Positions 36,824 to 47,310 of a DNA stretch of 64,000 bases are shown here, in pieces. Source of the stretch: a bacterium (GTDB taxonomy: Bacteria > Patescibacteriota > Patescibacteriia > Magasanikbacterales > GWA2-37-8); contig JBDROJ010000030.1 of assembly GCA_043810165.1 (NCBI GenBank), positions 866 through 64,865 of the forward strand, read 5' to 3'. The notes below the pieces were generated by a model, which saw only the letters and a list, made by a program, of their open reading frames with translations, was not told the origin of the DNA and did no database searches. The translations under genes were made by a program, and so were the position numbers. Every line of letters begins with the position of its first letter. Position 1 is the first letter of the stretch.

Positions 36824-38788
36824 ATGCTTAAACCCTATCATATTGTCTTAAAAAAATCAATACATTGGCTAATAGTAGCTGTTTTTTTATTTTCGGCTTT
36901 TCCGGCCCAAGCTAGAGTTCCCATTGATGAGAATTACAATGCCCAGAAGCTCTTTTATGAACAAATTAAAATGCCACAGGCTTGGGATTTAAGTATAGGT
37001 TCAAATGAAGTTGTTGTTGCCGTTATTGATGTTGGCGTGGATGTTAGGCATCAAGACCTGTATGAAAATATCTGGAAAAATTTGGATGAAATATCAGGTA
37101 ATGGCATTGACGATGATCATAACGGATATATTGACGATTATTATGGATGGAATTTTGTGGAAGATAATAATCTGGTGACCGTGCCTGACGCGGTAGAAAT
37201 AGAAGATTTGGGAGTGGCAAGCCATGGAACTATTTCGGCCGGACTAATCGGCGCTGTTGGTAATAATAGTATTGATGGAGCCGGCATGAACTGGAAAATT
37301 AAGATAATGCCTTTGCGTGCAATAAATAATTCCGGTTCGGGCGCGTTTATTGATGTTGCAAAAGCCATTGATTATGCGGTTGATAATGGCGCTGATATTA
37401 TCAATTTTAGCATAGTGGGGGATTCATCTAATAGTGCTTTAACGAAAAGTTTGCAAAGAGCTTATGACCATGGCGTGCTTGTTGTAGCGGCCGCCGGAAA
37501 CGAGCGCAATTCTGGCAAGGGCAATCTTGATTCTTATCCCAATTATCCTGTTTGTTCTGATAAAGGAGAAAACACAAATATTGTTTTAGGAGTTACTTCG
37601 GTTAATAAAAATGATCAGTTAAGTAATTTTGCCAATTATGGCAGTTGCGTGGATTTGTCAGCACCAGGGGAGGCTATAAATAGCACTTTGTATTTTGAAC
37701 CCAATTCCGGGCTTAATAAAACATTTGGTGGAAATATTTATGGCACATCTTTTTCCGCGCCTTTGGTATCTGGCGCCGCCGCTTTGGTAAAATCAATGAT
37801 GCCAGCATGGCAAGCCAAAGACCTGGTTAAGAATTTATTGGAAAATGCTGACCCAATTGATAATTTGAATTCCGGTTTTGCCGGGAAAATAGGCTCTGGC
37901 AGATTGAATGTATATAAGTCATTGCAGTCTGCCAAAGATGATGATAGTTATTTATCCCAAGGCCTTGACAATCTGTATTATTTTTCTGAAACAGAAGTAT
38001 TTAAATATAATACTCGCAAGCAGGAGAATACTATGTTAAGGAGGCTTTATAGCGCCAGTATACGCGCTATGGTCGTGGGTGATGTCAATGACAACAATAG
38101 TAAGGAAATAATTCTTTTAATCAGCCGTGGGCCTTTTAATTACATACATATATTAGATCAAGATGGACAGTTATGGCATGAGTTTGCCTTGGAAGGTCGA
38201 ATAGATCAAGGCGTGGATTATAGGTCTTTAAAAGTAATGCCAGATATTCAAGGCAACAAGATAGTTATTGAACAGATTAAGAATAACTTGCGCTCGCTTG
38301 AACAATATAATTCTCAGGGGATCAAGCTGACTAAAGTTTCAATTCCAAGTGGCTTTAAATGGGCGGTTGATTCAAGATTGGGCGTGGTCCTAGCCGGACA
38401 ACAAAATAGCAGTTTGGTATTGAAGAGTTTTAATTGGGATGGAAAAATAGAAAAAAGTTGGAGCATTCCAGGGATTGAACAATTTTATGATTTTAAAATG
38501 GGAGACATCTGGCCAGGAGGACGGCGTGAACAAGCGTTACTGATAGTACGGAATGGACGCATGGAAATGTTGATTATTGATCTTGCGAGCCAGAGTTCCA
38601 TGGCCAATTATATAACGGGTTATGAATATCCACAATCCGATGACTGGTATTTATTGATTGGAATCCATGACAGAATATCAATGCCTTATCAGCTCAAAGG
38701 AGGAAAGTTTGATTTTTTTAAGGGTGGATATAAATGGTTAGGCGAACTGGTTCTGCCAAAAATGATGACCGAATTCATATCCGGTTAA
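36824..38788 (+). CDS. Secreted S8 (subtilisin) peptidase
   Basis: VAVIDVG, HGT, AAAGN, GTSFSAP catalytic motifs. Confidence 0.92.
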   Translation: MLKPYHIVLKKSIHWLIVAVFLFSAFPAQARVPIDENYNAQKLFYEQIKMPQAWDLSIGSNEVVVAVIDVGVDVRHQDLYENIWKNLDEISGNGIDDDHNGYIDDYYGWNFVEDNNLVTVPDAVEIEDLGVASHGTISAGLIGAVGNNSIDGAGMNWKIKIMPLRAINNSGSGAFIDVAKAIDYAVDNGADIINFSIVGDSSNSALTKSLQRAYDHGVLVVAAAGNERNSGKGNLDSYPNYPVCSDKGENTNIVLGVTSVNKNDQLSNFANYGSCVDLSAPGEAINSTLYFEPNSGLNKTFGGNIYGTSFSAPLVSGAAALVKSMMPAWQAKDLVKNLLENADPIDNLNSGFAGKIGSGRLNVYKSLQSAKDDDSYLSQGLDNLYYFSETEVFKYNTRKQENTMLRRLYSASIRAMVVGDVNDNNSKEIILLISRGPFNYIHILDQDGQLWHEFALEGRIDQGVDYRSLKVMPDIQGNKIVIEQIKNNLRSLEQYNSQGIKLTKVSIPSGFKWAVDSRLGVVLAGQQNSSLVLKSFNWDGKIEKSWSIPGIEQFYDFKMGDIWPGGRREQALLIVRNGRMEMLIIDLASQSSMANYITGYEYPQSDDWYLLIGIHDRISMPYQLKGGKFDFFKGGYKWLGELVLPKMMTEFISG

Positions 38789-38862
38789 AGTCGGATTCAT
38801 TATTGAAATCTTTAACAAAGAATGCTAGAATATTTATATCTTTTAAATTAATTACAAAGTTT

Positions 38863-39885
38863 ATGGAAATGCCAATTTTTGAAAAAAAGAATGTAGTCAT
38901 AACCGGAGGCGCCGGTTTTATAGGCTCTCATCTATGCGAGAGGCTTTTAAAAGAAGCCAAAGTAATTTGCTTGGATGATTTTTCTCATTCTCATCCAAGC
39001 AATATTAATCATCTGCTACAGTATCCGGATTTTGAGTTCATCAAATGCGACGTCAATCATCCAGTAGATTTAGAAAACAGTGAAGAATTAAAGAAATTTA
39101 AGATTAAATTTCAAGGCATACAGGAAATATATCACTTGGCTTGCCCAACAAGCCCAAAATCTTTTGAAGAATTGAAAATGAAATCTTTGTGGGCGAATTC
39201 TTCGTCCATGGTTAATACACTGGATATGGCTGCTAAATATCATGCCAAATATGTTTTTGCTTCCAGTTCAGTGATTTATGGCGATACTGATCATAAAAAG
39301 CAGGTTTTTAAAGAGATAGATGAAGGAATAGTACATCATTTATCTCCGCGCGGTTGTTATGATGAAGGCAAGCGTTTCGCTGAAACTTGCGTGGAAACAT
39401 ATCGGCAAGTACATGGAATTGATGCTAAAATAGCCAGGATTTTTACCACATACGGTCCGCATATGAAGCTATTCAGCGGTTTTTTAATTCCTGATTTTAT
39501 AGTAAGTGCTCTAGACGGAAAAGACTTGGTAATTTACGGAGATAAAAATTTTACCACCACTTTATGCTATGTCAGCGACATGGTAGATGGATTGGTGCGT
39601 TTGATGGCATCTGAACCAGAAGTCAAGGTAGTTAATTTAGGAGATGATCATATTGTAAGCTTAGTTGATGTGGCCAATTCCATTATTAAGATGACAAATT
39701 CATCTTCTAAAATAAATTTTGAGGATCCTTTGGTATTTTTAACGCGGAAAGGCGCGCCTGATTTGACTTATGTTAAAGAAACTCTGGGATGGATGCCTTT
39801 AGTGCGCTTAGAAGACGGTTTGACTAAAACTATTGATTATACAATTGCTAACAAAGAGGCCCTGCTATTTGACCAGGCGTTATAG
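38863..39885 (+). CDS. NAD-dependent epimerase/dehydratase (UDP-glucuronate decarboxylase-like)
   Basis: ITGGAGFIGSHL, YHLACPTSP, YDEGKR, RIFTTYGP. Confidence 0.88.
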   Translation: MEMPIFEKKNVVITGGAGFIGSHLCERLLKEAKVICLDDFSHSHPSNINHLLQYPDFEFIKCDVNHPVDLENSEELKKFKIKFQGIQEIYHLACPTSPKSFEELKMKSLWANSSSMVNTLDMAAKYHAKYVFASSSVIYGDTDHKKQVFKEIDEGIVHHLSPRGCYDEGKRFAETCVETYRQVHGIDAKIARIFTTYGPHMKLFSGFLIPDFIVSALDGKDLVIYGDKNFTTTLCYVSDMVDGLVRLMASEPEVKVVNLGDDHIVSLVDVANSIIKMTNSSSKINFEDPLVFLTRKGAPDLTYVKETLGWMPLVRLEDGLTKTIDYTIANKEALLFDQAL

Positions 39886-39890
39886 CATAT

Positions 39891-40553
39891 ATGTTGTACA
39901 TTATAATTCCTGCATACAATGAAGCTAAAAAAATAGGCCGTGTGATTGACGGCCTTTTTAAGCAAGGCTTTCAAAATATTATAGTGATAGATGACGGTTC
40001 AACTGATAATACATTTGAAATAGCAAAGCAAGCTGGAGCAGTTGTGTTGAAGCATGAGCTAAATAGGGGACAAGGCGCTGGTTTGCAGACCGGGCATGAA
40101 TATGCCTTGAAACAGGGTGCTGAATTGGTGGTTGATTTTGATGGCGATGGCCAGTTTAATCCAGCTGATATTAATCCGACTTTACAGGCTATGGAACGAT
40201 CAGGTGCCCAAGTTGCCATGGGTTCTCGCTTTTTAGATAATAGATCCAATATACCTTGGCTTAAAAAGAAATTAATTTTGCCGGTTAGTCGTTGGATAAA
40301 TTTAGTGTTCACAGGTTTGAAGCTTACAGATGTGCATAATGGCTTTAGAATTTTATCACGCCAGGCTTTGGAAAAAATTAATATCAGCCAGGATGGAATG
40401 GCTCATAATACCGAGATAGTTAGACAAATTAAAAAACACAGATTAAAATATATAGAGGTGCCTGTGGAAGTTAGATATTCGGAATATGGGCAGGGAATAT
40501 TTGGCGGTTTACGGATTTTGAAGGATCTTTTATTTGGATTTTTATCAGACTGA
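39891..40553 (+). CDS. GT2 polyprenol-phosphate glycosyltransferase (DPM1-like)
   Basis: IIPAYNE, IDDGSTD, NRGQGA, DGDGQ, GSRF. Confidence 0.9.
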   Translation: MLYIIIPAYNEAKKIGRVIDGLFKQGFQNIIVIDDGSTDNTFEIAKQAGAVVLKHELNRGQGAGLQTGHEYALKQGAELVVDFDGDGQFNPADINPTLQAMERSGAQVAMGSRFLDNRSNIPWLKKKLILPVSRWINLVFTGLKLTDVHNGFRILSRQALEKINISQDGMAHNTEIVRQIKKHRLKYIEVPVEVRYSEYGQGIFGGLRILKDLLFGFLSD

Positions 40554-40637
40554 TTTAATGACAATGAACCCACCCTCGCAATGACGGATTCAATTAATTT
40601 AAGTTAAATATTGATGGTGACTTAATACTGATTCATT

Positions 40638-40967
40638 ATGTATATAATTCAAACATTATTAGTGGTGATCTTCCTAATAGCCATAATAAACGTGATCTGT
40701 CGTTATCATACCGGCGATCTGCGCTTGGAAGGCATGGTAATCTGGGTTTTGTTCTGGCTAATAGCCGGGGTAGTAGTGGTTTTGCCTGACACAAGTTCAT
40801 ATTTTGCAGAGCTATTAGGCATAGGCAGAGGTGCTGACCTGGTTGTTTATATGGCCTTAGTTTTATTATTTTTTATAGTATTTAAGTTAATGGTTAGAAT
40901 TGAACATTTAAATAAACAGATAACTAAATTAACTAGAAAAAATGCCTTGGAAGACCATGACAAATAA
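40638..40967 (+). CDS. DUF2304-like membrane protein
   Basis: LGIGRGADLVVY and ITKLTR motifs; typical partner of this GT2. Confidence 0.8.
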   Translation: MYIIQTLLVVIFLIAIINVICRYHTGDLRLEGMVIWVLFWLIAGVVVVLPDTSSYFAELLGIGRGADLVVYMALVLLFFIVFKLMVRIEHLNKQITKLTRKNALEDHDK

Positions 40968-42771
40968 GTATATACTTTTTGCCTTTTTAGCCTGCCTATT
41001 TTTTTTGATAATCGGTTTTTTATCAGTTTCAGGCTTTAACTGGAAAAATTTGAAATACAGTGGCAGTGCCATTACCGGTGATGAAGTTGCATATATTTCC
41101 AGTGGTTATTATAGTATTAAAACCGGCAAGAATTTTCTTAATCCAGAACACCCGCCTTTAATTAAAAATGTGGTTGCCTTGCCTCTGCTGTTTATTAACC
41201 CTTCTTTGCCACAGATATTGGATATCCCGATAGCCAAGTATGGTCTTGGCAATTATCCTTATGAACATTTTGCTTTTTCTCATCAAGCAGAGATAGAAAA
41301 TAACCAATGGGATTGGGGCCGATTATTTTTGTTTGGGAGCAATAATGATTCTGATCGGATATTATTTTGGTCCAGACTGGCCATGATGTTATTTAACGGC
41401 TTGTTATTATTATTTTTGTTTTTTTCTTTGAGTAAATTTTGGTGTAAAAGATCTGCTTTTTTGGGCTTGCTTTTAATTTGTATTCTGCCTTTGAGCCTAT
41501 CGCATGGTTCATTAGTTATTTTAGATTTTGCAACTGCCTTATTGCAGATATTGGCCATTATATGGTTTTCAGCTTTTATCTGGCAAATAACTAACAAAAA
41601 AAGCTCTATCAGCGGGTTTTTACTAGCTACTTTATTTTTGAGCTTATCTTTATTGGCCAAATCATCTTCTTTGGTTTTGTTGCCAGTTTTATTCACTGGT
41701 GGATTGATATATATATTAAGTAAAAAGTTTTGCCGTCCGCTATGGTGGAATTATCTTTTGTCCATAGCCATCATGTCATTGGTTAGCATCTCAATAATTT
41801 CAATTTATTATATTCCACACGTACATGGAATGGATAGAATTGATACCATCAGACAGGTCATTCATCTTTTGCCTGGTAATAGTGATTATGAAAAAGTAAG
41901 CCGTCATTTTATTTTACAATTAAACCAAGGCAATTTATTTTCCAGAGCCACAGCTCAATATTTATTAGGAGTAAGCATGAGCATCAGAAGAGCCGGGTTG
42001 TCAGAACAGCAACAGTTGTATTTTATGGGAGATGTTTATGGCTTGCAGGGAGCGGGTTGGAAATATTATCCGATTTTGATTTTAACTAAAATACCTTTGG
42101 CCGTGTTGTGTTTAATTTTGTTGGGATTGATCGGGCTGATAGCTGATTGTGTTAAAAAGAAACTGCCAGATTTATTGTTTGTTTTGTTTTTTGTTTATGC
42201 TTTGTTTTTTATGGCTCTGGCTTGGTATTTTAATTTGCAGATGGGCTTGCGCTATATTTTACCAAGCATTTTTATTATCTTATTACTAAGCGCCAAATTA
42301 TTGTCTGATAGATGGCAGGATCGCGCGCCAGGCCTGCTTCAAGTTAGCCAGGTTATGGTCAGTTTAATTATAATTGGTGTATTAGTTAGCTTATTAAGTT
42401 TTCCTTATTATATTAGTTATTATAATATTCTAGCCGGTGGCAGTAAGTATGGTTATGTTGTTGCGGTTGATTCCAATTATGATTGGGGTGGGCAAGATAT
42501 TAAAAGATTGGCGCAATGGAGGCAGGAAAATCATGTTGGTATTATTTATGCTGATTTGTTTACCAATGCTCCGCCAGCCTACTACCTGGGCAATGCATAT
42601 CGGGCTTATCTTGTTGATAAGGACAATCTGCCTGCTTCAGGATCTTATGTGGCCATTTCAGCACATATTTATCAAACCAGGGTTTCAGTGAAACAAAAAG
42701 AAAAATATTTTAACAAGAATAATTTGGTGGATCGAGCAGGGCAGTCAATATTTATTTATCGCATGCCTTGA
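40957..42771 (+). CDS. GT-C fold membrane glycosyltransferase (ArnT/PMT-like)
   Basis: DE motif after first TM, NPEHPPL, many TMs, DSNYDWGGQD. Confidence 0.8.
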   Translation: MTNKYILFAFLACLFFLIIGFLSVSGFNWKNLKYSGSAITGDEVAYISSGYYSIKTGKNFLNPEHPPLIKNVVALPLLFINPSLPQILDIPIAKYGLGNYPYEHFAFSHQAEIENNQWDWGRLFLFGSNNDSDRILFWSRLAMMLFNGLLLLFLFFSLSKFWCKRSAFLGLLLICILPLSLSHGSLVILDFATALLQILAIIWFSAFIWQITNKKSSISGFLLATLFLSLSLLAKSSSLVLLPVLFTGGLIYILSKKFCRPLWWNYLLSIAIMSLVSISIISIYYIPHVHGMDRIDTIRQVIHLLPGNSDYEKVSRHFILQLNQGNLFSRATAQYLLGVSMSIRRAGLSEQQQLYFMGDVYGLQGAGWKYYPILILTKIPLAVLCLILLGLIGLIADCVKKKLPDLLFVLFFVYALFFMALAWYFNLQMGLRYILPSIFIILLLSAKLLSDRWQDRAPGLLQVSQVMVSLIIIGVLVSLLSFPYYISYYNILAGGSKYGYVVAVDSNYDWGGQDIKRLAQWRQENHVGIIYADLFTNAPPAYYLGNAYRAYLVDKDNLPASGSYVAISAHIYQTRVSVKQKEKYFNKNNLVDRAGQSIFIYRMP

Positions 42772-42777
42772 TTAGAA

Positions 42778-43632
42778 TTAGTTATTGTCCAATATATTGT
42801 CCAATAGAAAAAAGTTAATTTTATTGGAATTTAGCAAATGGGCTATGGTTTTTATGTAGGGTTTTAAGAAGTTCGAATCCCGGTGCCCGAGCCAAGAGAG
42901 ATTGAGCGAGGTTAAAGCCTCGTTTTTTCTTTTTGTTAAGCCAAAATTCAACGGTTCTAACCCTCTCATTTTAGCATTTAACTTTTGAGCGTTGTCATAA
43001 ATAGGAAGCAACCAATTATTGACTGTAATTAGCACTTTTTTGTCTTCAATTACTCGGTTCGAACCTAGATTATTAAGTACCTGTTTTTTCTTAGTTTTAT
43101 CACCGTCTTTAAACTTTTTCAGAGCATAAGCAGAAAAAATAAACTTTTCTTTAGTTAGTTCAATAATTTCTTCCTCGGTTTTTTGTTTACTATCTTTACT
43201 ATTAAATTTTTCAACTTGTTTTTTAAGATTCTTTTTTTCTTTCAAAAATTCGTCATCATCCAATAATCCTCTGGCTCTCATCATAGTTAATTCAGATAAA
43301 TTGCTTTCTAACTCTTTAACTTTATCATCTCGGCTATTATCAATTACTTTGTTTTCTTGTTTTGTTTTACTTTTTTGACTATCCAAATAATCCAAACTCC
43401 ACTGTAAAAATAGTGGGTGCATTTCTAACTTTTCCAGTTTTTTAGTAATATTTTTGGTTATCTCCTTTTCTTCTACTGATCCTTGTCTGCAAACAATAGT
43501 TTTTTTCTTATGGGTACAGTGGTAATAATCATAACCTTTAACTTTGTTTTTAGCCTTAATATATTTAGTATGATGTTCTGCTGTGATACCACAACCACAA
43601 TAATTACATTTAAACATACCTGCATAAGTAAA
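42778..43632 (-). pseudogene. C-terminal fragment of a large serine recombinase, close relative of 17065-18437
   Basis: 42888-43632 aligns without indels to 17121-17865 (constant offset 25,767); 12 aa differences counted by eye. Confidence 0.88.
42871..42894 (+). other. Orphan tRNA 3' fragment / att junction
   Basis: GTTCGAATCCCGGTGCCCGAGCCA (T loop to CCA) with no upstream tRNA body; contains CGAGC core. Confidence 0.65.
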
Positions 43633-43759
43633 ATTGACACATCCTAACTACAGTACCATGTTTTAGTTATGCACCACCATTAATATTATAGAGCCTTTTT
43701 CTGTTTGACCAAAGCCTTTTTTTATGGTTTTATATTATTAGTGTAATAATTAGATTTTT

Positions 43760-44890
43760 ATGAAAATAGCGCATATGGTATCCACTTTTCCTCCTCGCGT
43801 AGGAGGGACGGGGCAGGTATGTTTTGAGGAGGCGCAAAGGCTGTCTATCAAGGGGCACGATGTAACCGTGTTCACGCCTCAGTATCAGGATAGCCGTTTT
43901 GATATTGATTGTAATTTTAAGCTCGTTTATATACGTCCATATTTAAAGTCTGCCAATTCGGCTTGGATGCCGCAATTGCTATGGAAATTAAAAGGTTTTG
44001 ATGTTGTTCATCTGCATTTTCCTTTTTATGGCAGTGCACATTTAGCTTGGCTGGCTAGTAAATTATTTAAACAAAAATACGTTATTACTTATCATATGGA
44101 TGTGCAAGTAAGTGGATGGCAGAGCTATATAAAATCAGTTTGCGATTTGGTTTGGGCTAGAAAGATTCTGGCCGGAGCCGAGCAGGTTATCTGCGTGGAC
44201 AAAGATCATTTTAATCAAACTGAATTCAAAATTCATGTCAAGAAGGAAAAATTAGTGGAAATATATAATAGCGTGGATACTCAAGTATTTAAACCGCGCG
44301 CAGTTGAGGACTGTGATTTTGATAATAAAATACCGGATAGATTTAAGTACAAGCCCAAGATTTTATTTGTTGGCAATTTATTGCCCTTTAAGCGTTTTGA
44401 TTTATTACTGCATGCTCTGATTAAAATTAAAGATGAACAGCCAATAGTTCTTGTGGTTGGAGGAGGTTATGATTTGGAGAAATATAAAAAAATGGCCAAG
44501 GAATTAAATATTCAAGATAGAATTTTATTTTGCGGTTTTTGCAATGATCGTGAACAATTATCAAAGTATTATTCATTGGCTGACTGCTTGGTTGTTAGTT
44601 CAGACAGTGGCGAATCATTTTCATTGGTGGCGATTGAAGCTTTATCCTGTTCTTGTCCTGTGGTGGCCAGTGATATTCCTGGAGTGCGCGAGCGAGTGCA
44701 AGATGGACATACGGGTTTTATATTTAAATCAGGTTCGGTTGAGGATTTGGCAGAAAAATTAGAGAAATTTCTATCTTTGCCAGATGAACAAAAGCAAATA
44801 ATGGGACAGCGTGGAAGAGAAGACGCTATCCGCAAGTATAGTTGGCAGGGGCATATTGGCAAGCTTGAAGATGTTTATAAAAAGGTTTAA
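43760..44890 (+). CDS. GT4 glycosyltransferase
   Basis: MKIAH..FPP..GG, FVGNL..KR, ESFSLVAIEALSC..PVVAS. Confidence 0.92.
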   Translation: MKIAHMVSTFPPRVGGTGQVCFEEAQRLSIKGHDVTVFTPQYQDSRFDIDCNFKLVYIRPYLKSANSAWMPQLLWKLKGFDVVHLHFPFYGSAHLAWLASKLFKQKYVITYHMDVQVSGWQSYIKSVCDLVWARKILAGAEQVICVDKDHFNQTEFKIHVKKEKLVEIYNSVDTQVFKPRAVEDCDFDNKIPDRFKYKPKILFVGNLLPFKRFDLLLHALIKIKDEQPIVLVVGGGYDLEKYKKMAKELNIQDRILFCGFCNDREQLSKYYSLADCLVVSSDSGESFSLVAIEALSCSCPVVASDIPGVRERVQDGHTGFIFKSGSVEDLAEKLEKFLSLPDEQKQIMGQRGREDAIRKYSWQGHIGKLEDVYKKV

Positions 44891-44900
44891 AATATAGGGG

Positions 44901-45734
44901 ATGTCTTTTGACTACGAACAATCAATTTGGGGGCAGGGAACTGCCAAAAAGAGGTGGACAGATTCCACTAGTTTTCGTTTACATCAGGCGCTATCAGCCT
45001 TGTCGCATTTGAAAGCAGGGGATATGGTATTGGAAATTGGATGCGGAGCCGGGCAGTTTATTAGAGCCATCAAAAAATATAGATCTGATTTGCAATATAG
45101 CGGCTGTGATATCAGCACTTCAGCTTTGTCCAGAGCGGATCAATACAGAGACGGCGTGCAATATGACCTGTCCCAAGCGCAGAGCCTTCCCTATGAAGAT
45201 AATTATTTTCAAGCCGTATTGATTTTTGATGTATTAGAACATGTTGAAGATCCGAGGACCATGCTTGCTCAGGCCAAGCGCATATTAAAAAAAGACGGGA
45301 TCTTGCATTGTTTTGTCCCTTGCGAAGCAGACAAATTGTCATTGTGGTATTGGCTGAAGAAAATAAAAATAAAATCTGATTTGACTGAAAGATACGCTGG
45401 CCATATTCATAAATTTTCCAGACAAAGCCTGAAAGATCTTTTGATCAATCATGGTTTTGAGATTATACAGTCTAGATATAGTAGTCATTGTTTAGGGCAG
45501 TGGCTGGACTTGGTTGTTTTTTTGGCCATGGATAGATCATGCAGGCGGACCAGACAAGATCAAATGAATAACGAACAATTTTTTAAGGAATATGATAAAG
45601 ATCGTGGTCGGATTTTTTTTATTTTTAAAAGATTGATTAATTGGCTGATCAATTTGGAAAATTGGTTATTCAGCCGTTTGCCATCATCAAATGTGCACAT
45701 TACAAGCATGGTTTTGAAAGAAAATATAAAATAA
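44901..45734 (+). CDS. Class I SAM-dependent methyltransferase
   Basis: VLEIGCGAG, GCDIS, LPYEDNYF, DVLEHV. Confidence 0.9.
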   Translation: MSFDYEQSIWGQGTAKKRWTDSTSFRLHQALSALSHLKAGDMVLEIGCGAGQFIRAIKKYRSDLQYSGCDISTSALSRADQYRDGVQYDLSQAQSLPYEDNYFQAVLIFDVLEHVEDPRTMLAQAKRILKKDGILHCFVPCEADKLSLWYWLKKIKIKSDLTERYAGHIHKFSRQSLKDLLINHGFEIIQSRYSSHCLGQWLDLVVFLAMDRSCRRTRQDQMNNEQFFKEYDKDRGRIFFIFKRLINWLINLENWLFSRLPSSNVHITSMVLKENIK

Positions 45735-45745
45735 ACCGTATTTCT

Positions 45746-46396
45746 ATGAGAATAGCTCACATTGTTCCTTCAACTTTTGAATATTTTGATGATATTAAAA
45801 TGGATGCTTTTGAAACAGTAGAGCAATTGAGCAAGTATGGAATTGAATCAATCATCACCACTCTGCAATATAGCCAAGCCAAGCGCAGGGAAAAAGAAAA
45901 AATAAGCGGAAAGGCAGGAGGCCCTGCCGGCAAAGCGCCTTCATATAAATACCAAGGCATGCAGAGCATTATCCAGGCCATAGAGAATTTTAGCAGTTAT
46001 GACTTGGTGCATTTGCATTGTCCTTTTTTGGGAGCAGGTGGCAAGATACTTGAATGGAAAAGGAAAAATCCGGACACGCCTTTGGCTGTTACTTATTACC
46101 GGCCTGTTGAGCTAGTAGACTTTTTAAGTTATTTTATCAGGCTGTATAATAGCTATTATTTGTCTAAAATTATGCGCCTGGCAGAAGTGGTAATGTTTTT
46201 TCCACAGACCTATCCAAAGTCAAGATTTTCATTTTTAGATCAAAAAAAAATGGTTGATATAACGCCGACAGATCATGATGAACACAGTTTAACAGTGGAC
46301 TTGACTAATATTTGCAATAAGGTAAAATTAGATAACGCTATTATTGATAAACTATCAATTAGCAAGTTAGTATATGTTTATTCTTTGTTAATTTAA
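45746..46396 (+). CDS. GT4 N-terminal-domain-only protein
   Basis: MRIAHIV, YDLVHLHCPF, VTYY similar to 43760 gene; no C-terminal EX7E domain. Confidence 0.6.
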   Translation: MRIAHIVPSTFEYFDDIKMDAFETVEQLSKYGIESIITTLQYSQAKRREKEKISGKAGGPAGKAPSYKYQGMQSIIQAIENFSSYDLVHLHCPFLGAGGKILEWKRKNPDTPLAVTYYRPVELVDFLSYFIRLYNSYYLSKIMRLAEVVMFFPQTYPKSRFSFLDQKKMVDITPTDHDEHSLTVDLTNICNKVKLDNAIIDKLSISKLVYVYSLLI

Positions 46397-46407
46397 TAAT
46401 AAGCACT

Positions 46408-47247
46408 ATGAGTGAGAAAAAAACTTTTTTTGCAAGTTTGCAACCAAGGAGCGCTTTGTTAGTGGGGGCCGTGGCCGGGATTTTGGCTATTTGTACAATT
46501 GGTTTTATTATAATGGGAGTGATTTACCTGCGTGGTGATTCAGATGATGCCGGCAGTAATACAAGCACTTCAACCGCTACTGCTACCAATATTGTTGACC
46601 AACAACAACCTGTGGCTGTTGAGGTTACGAAAACTGATAAGCCTAAAGTTGAATTGTTTATTATGTCATATTGTCCATACGGCTTGCAAATGCAAAAAGC
46701 ATTTTTACCGGTAATGGAACTATTAAAATCAAAAGCTGACATGGATGTTAAGTGGGTTTCATACATAATGCATGGTAAAAAAGAGATTGATGAAAATGAT
46801 CGCCAATATTGTATTCAAAAAGAACAAAATGATAAATACCTGGCTTATGCTACTTGTTTTACAGGCAAAGATGATTATAGCGCGTGTTTAAAAACCGCTC
46901 AAATTGATGAAAGTAAAATGAATGCCTGCATTAAGGCAACTGACAGTCAGTACAAAACCACGGAAAAATACAATGACAAATCAACTTGGTTAAGCGGTAA
47001 CTATCCGGTATATTTGGTTCATGGTGAAGCAAATACAAATTACCAAGTGGGCGGTTCGCCAACTTTGGTAATTAATGGTACCCAAGTCCAAGTTTCTCGA
47101 ACTCCGGAAGCTGTTAAGTCAGCAGTTTGTAGTAGCTTTACAACAACTCCTGATGAATGCGCAAAAACTTTAAGTACTAGCGCAGCTGTTCCAGGTTTTG
47201 GAACAGAAGTCGGAACTGATACGGCCGGTGTTGATTGTGAGGGCTAA
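46408..47247 (+). CDS. Membrane-anchored thioredoxin/DsbA-like protein
   Basis: TM, ELFIMSYCPYG, VGGSPTLVING. Confidence 0.78.
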   Translation: MSEKKTFFASLQPRSALLVGAVAGILAICTIGFIIMGVIYLRGDSDDAGSNTSTSTATATNIVDQQQPVAVEVTKTDKPKVELFIMSYCPYGLQMQKAFLPVMELLKSKADMDVKWVSYIMHGKKEIDENDRQYCIQKEQNDKYLAYATCFTGKDDYSACLKTAQIDESKMNACIKATDSQYKTTEKYNDKSTWLSGNYPVYLVHGEANTNYQVGGSPTLVINGTQVQVSRTPEAVKSAVCSSFTTTPDECAKTLSTSAAVPGFGTEVGTDTAGVDCEG

Positions 47248-47310
47248 ATAGTATACAATAGATGGTGTTGAATCAAGGGTACATAAATAGTCCCAGTTAA
47301 ACAAAAATCT

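Noticed and set aside
42871-42894. Functional tRNA gene
   Set aside because: No 5' T-stem strand, anticodon arm, D arm or acceptor 5' strand upstream
17121-43632. A single 26-kb composite element bounded by the two LSR remnants
   Set aside because: The interval holds core genes (murA, era, rplI, pyrG) and the copies have diverged; independent remnants are more parsimonious
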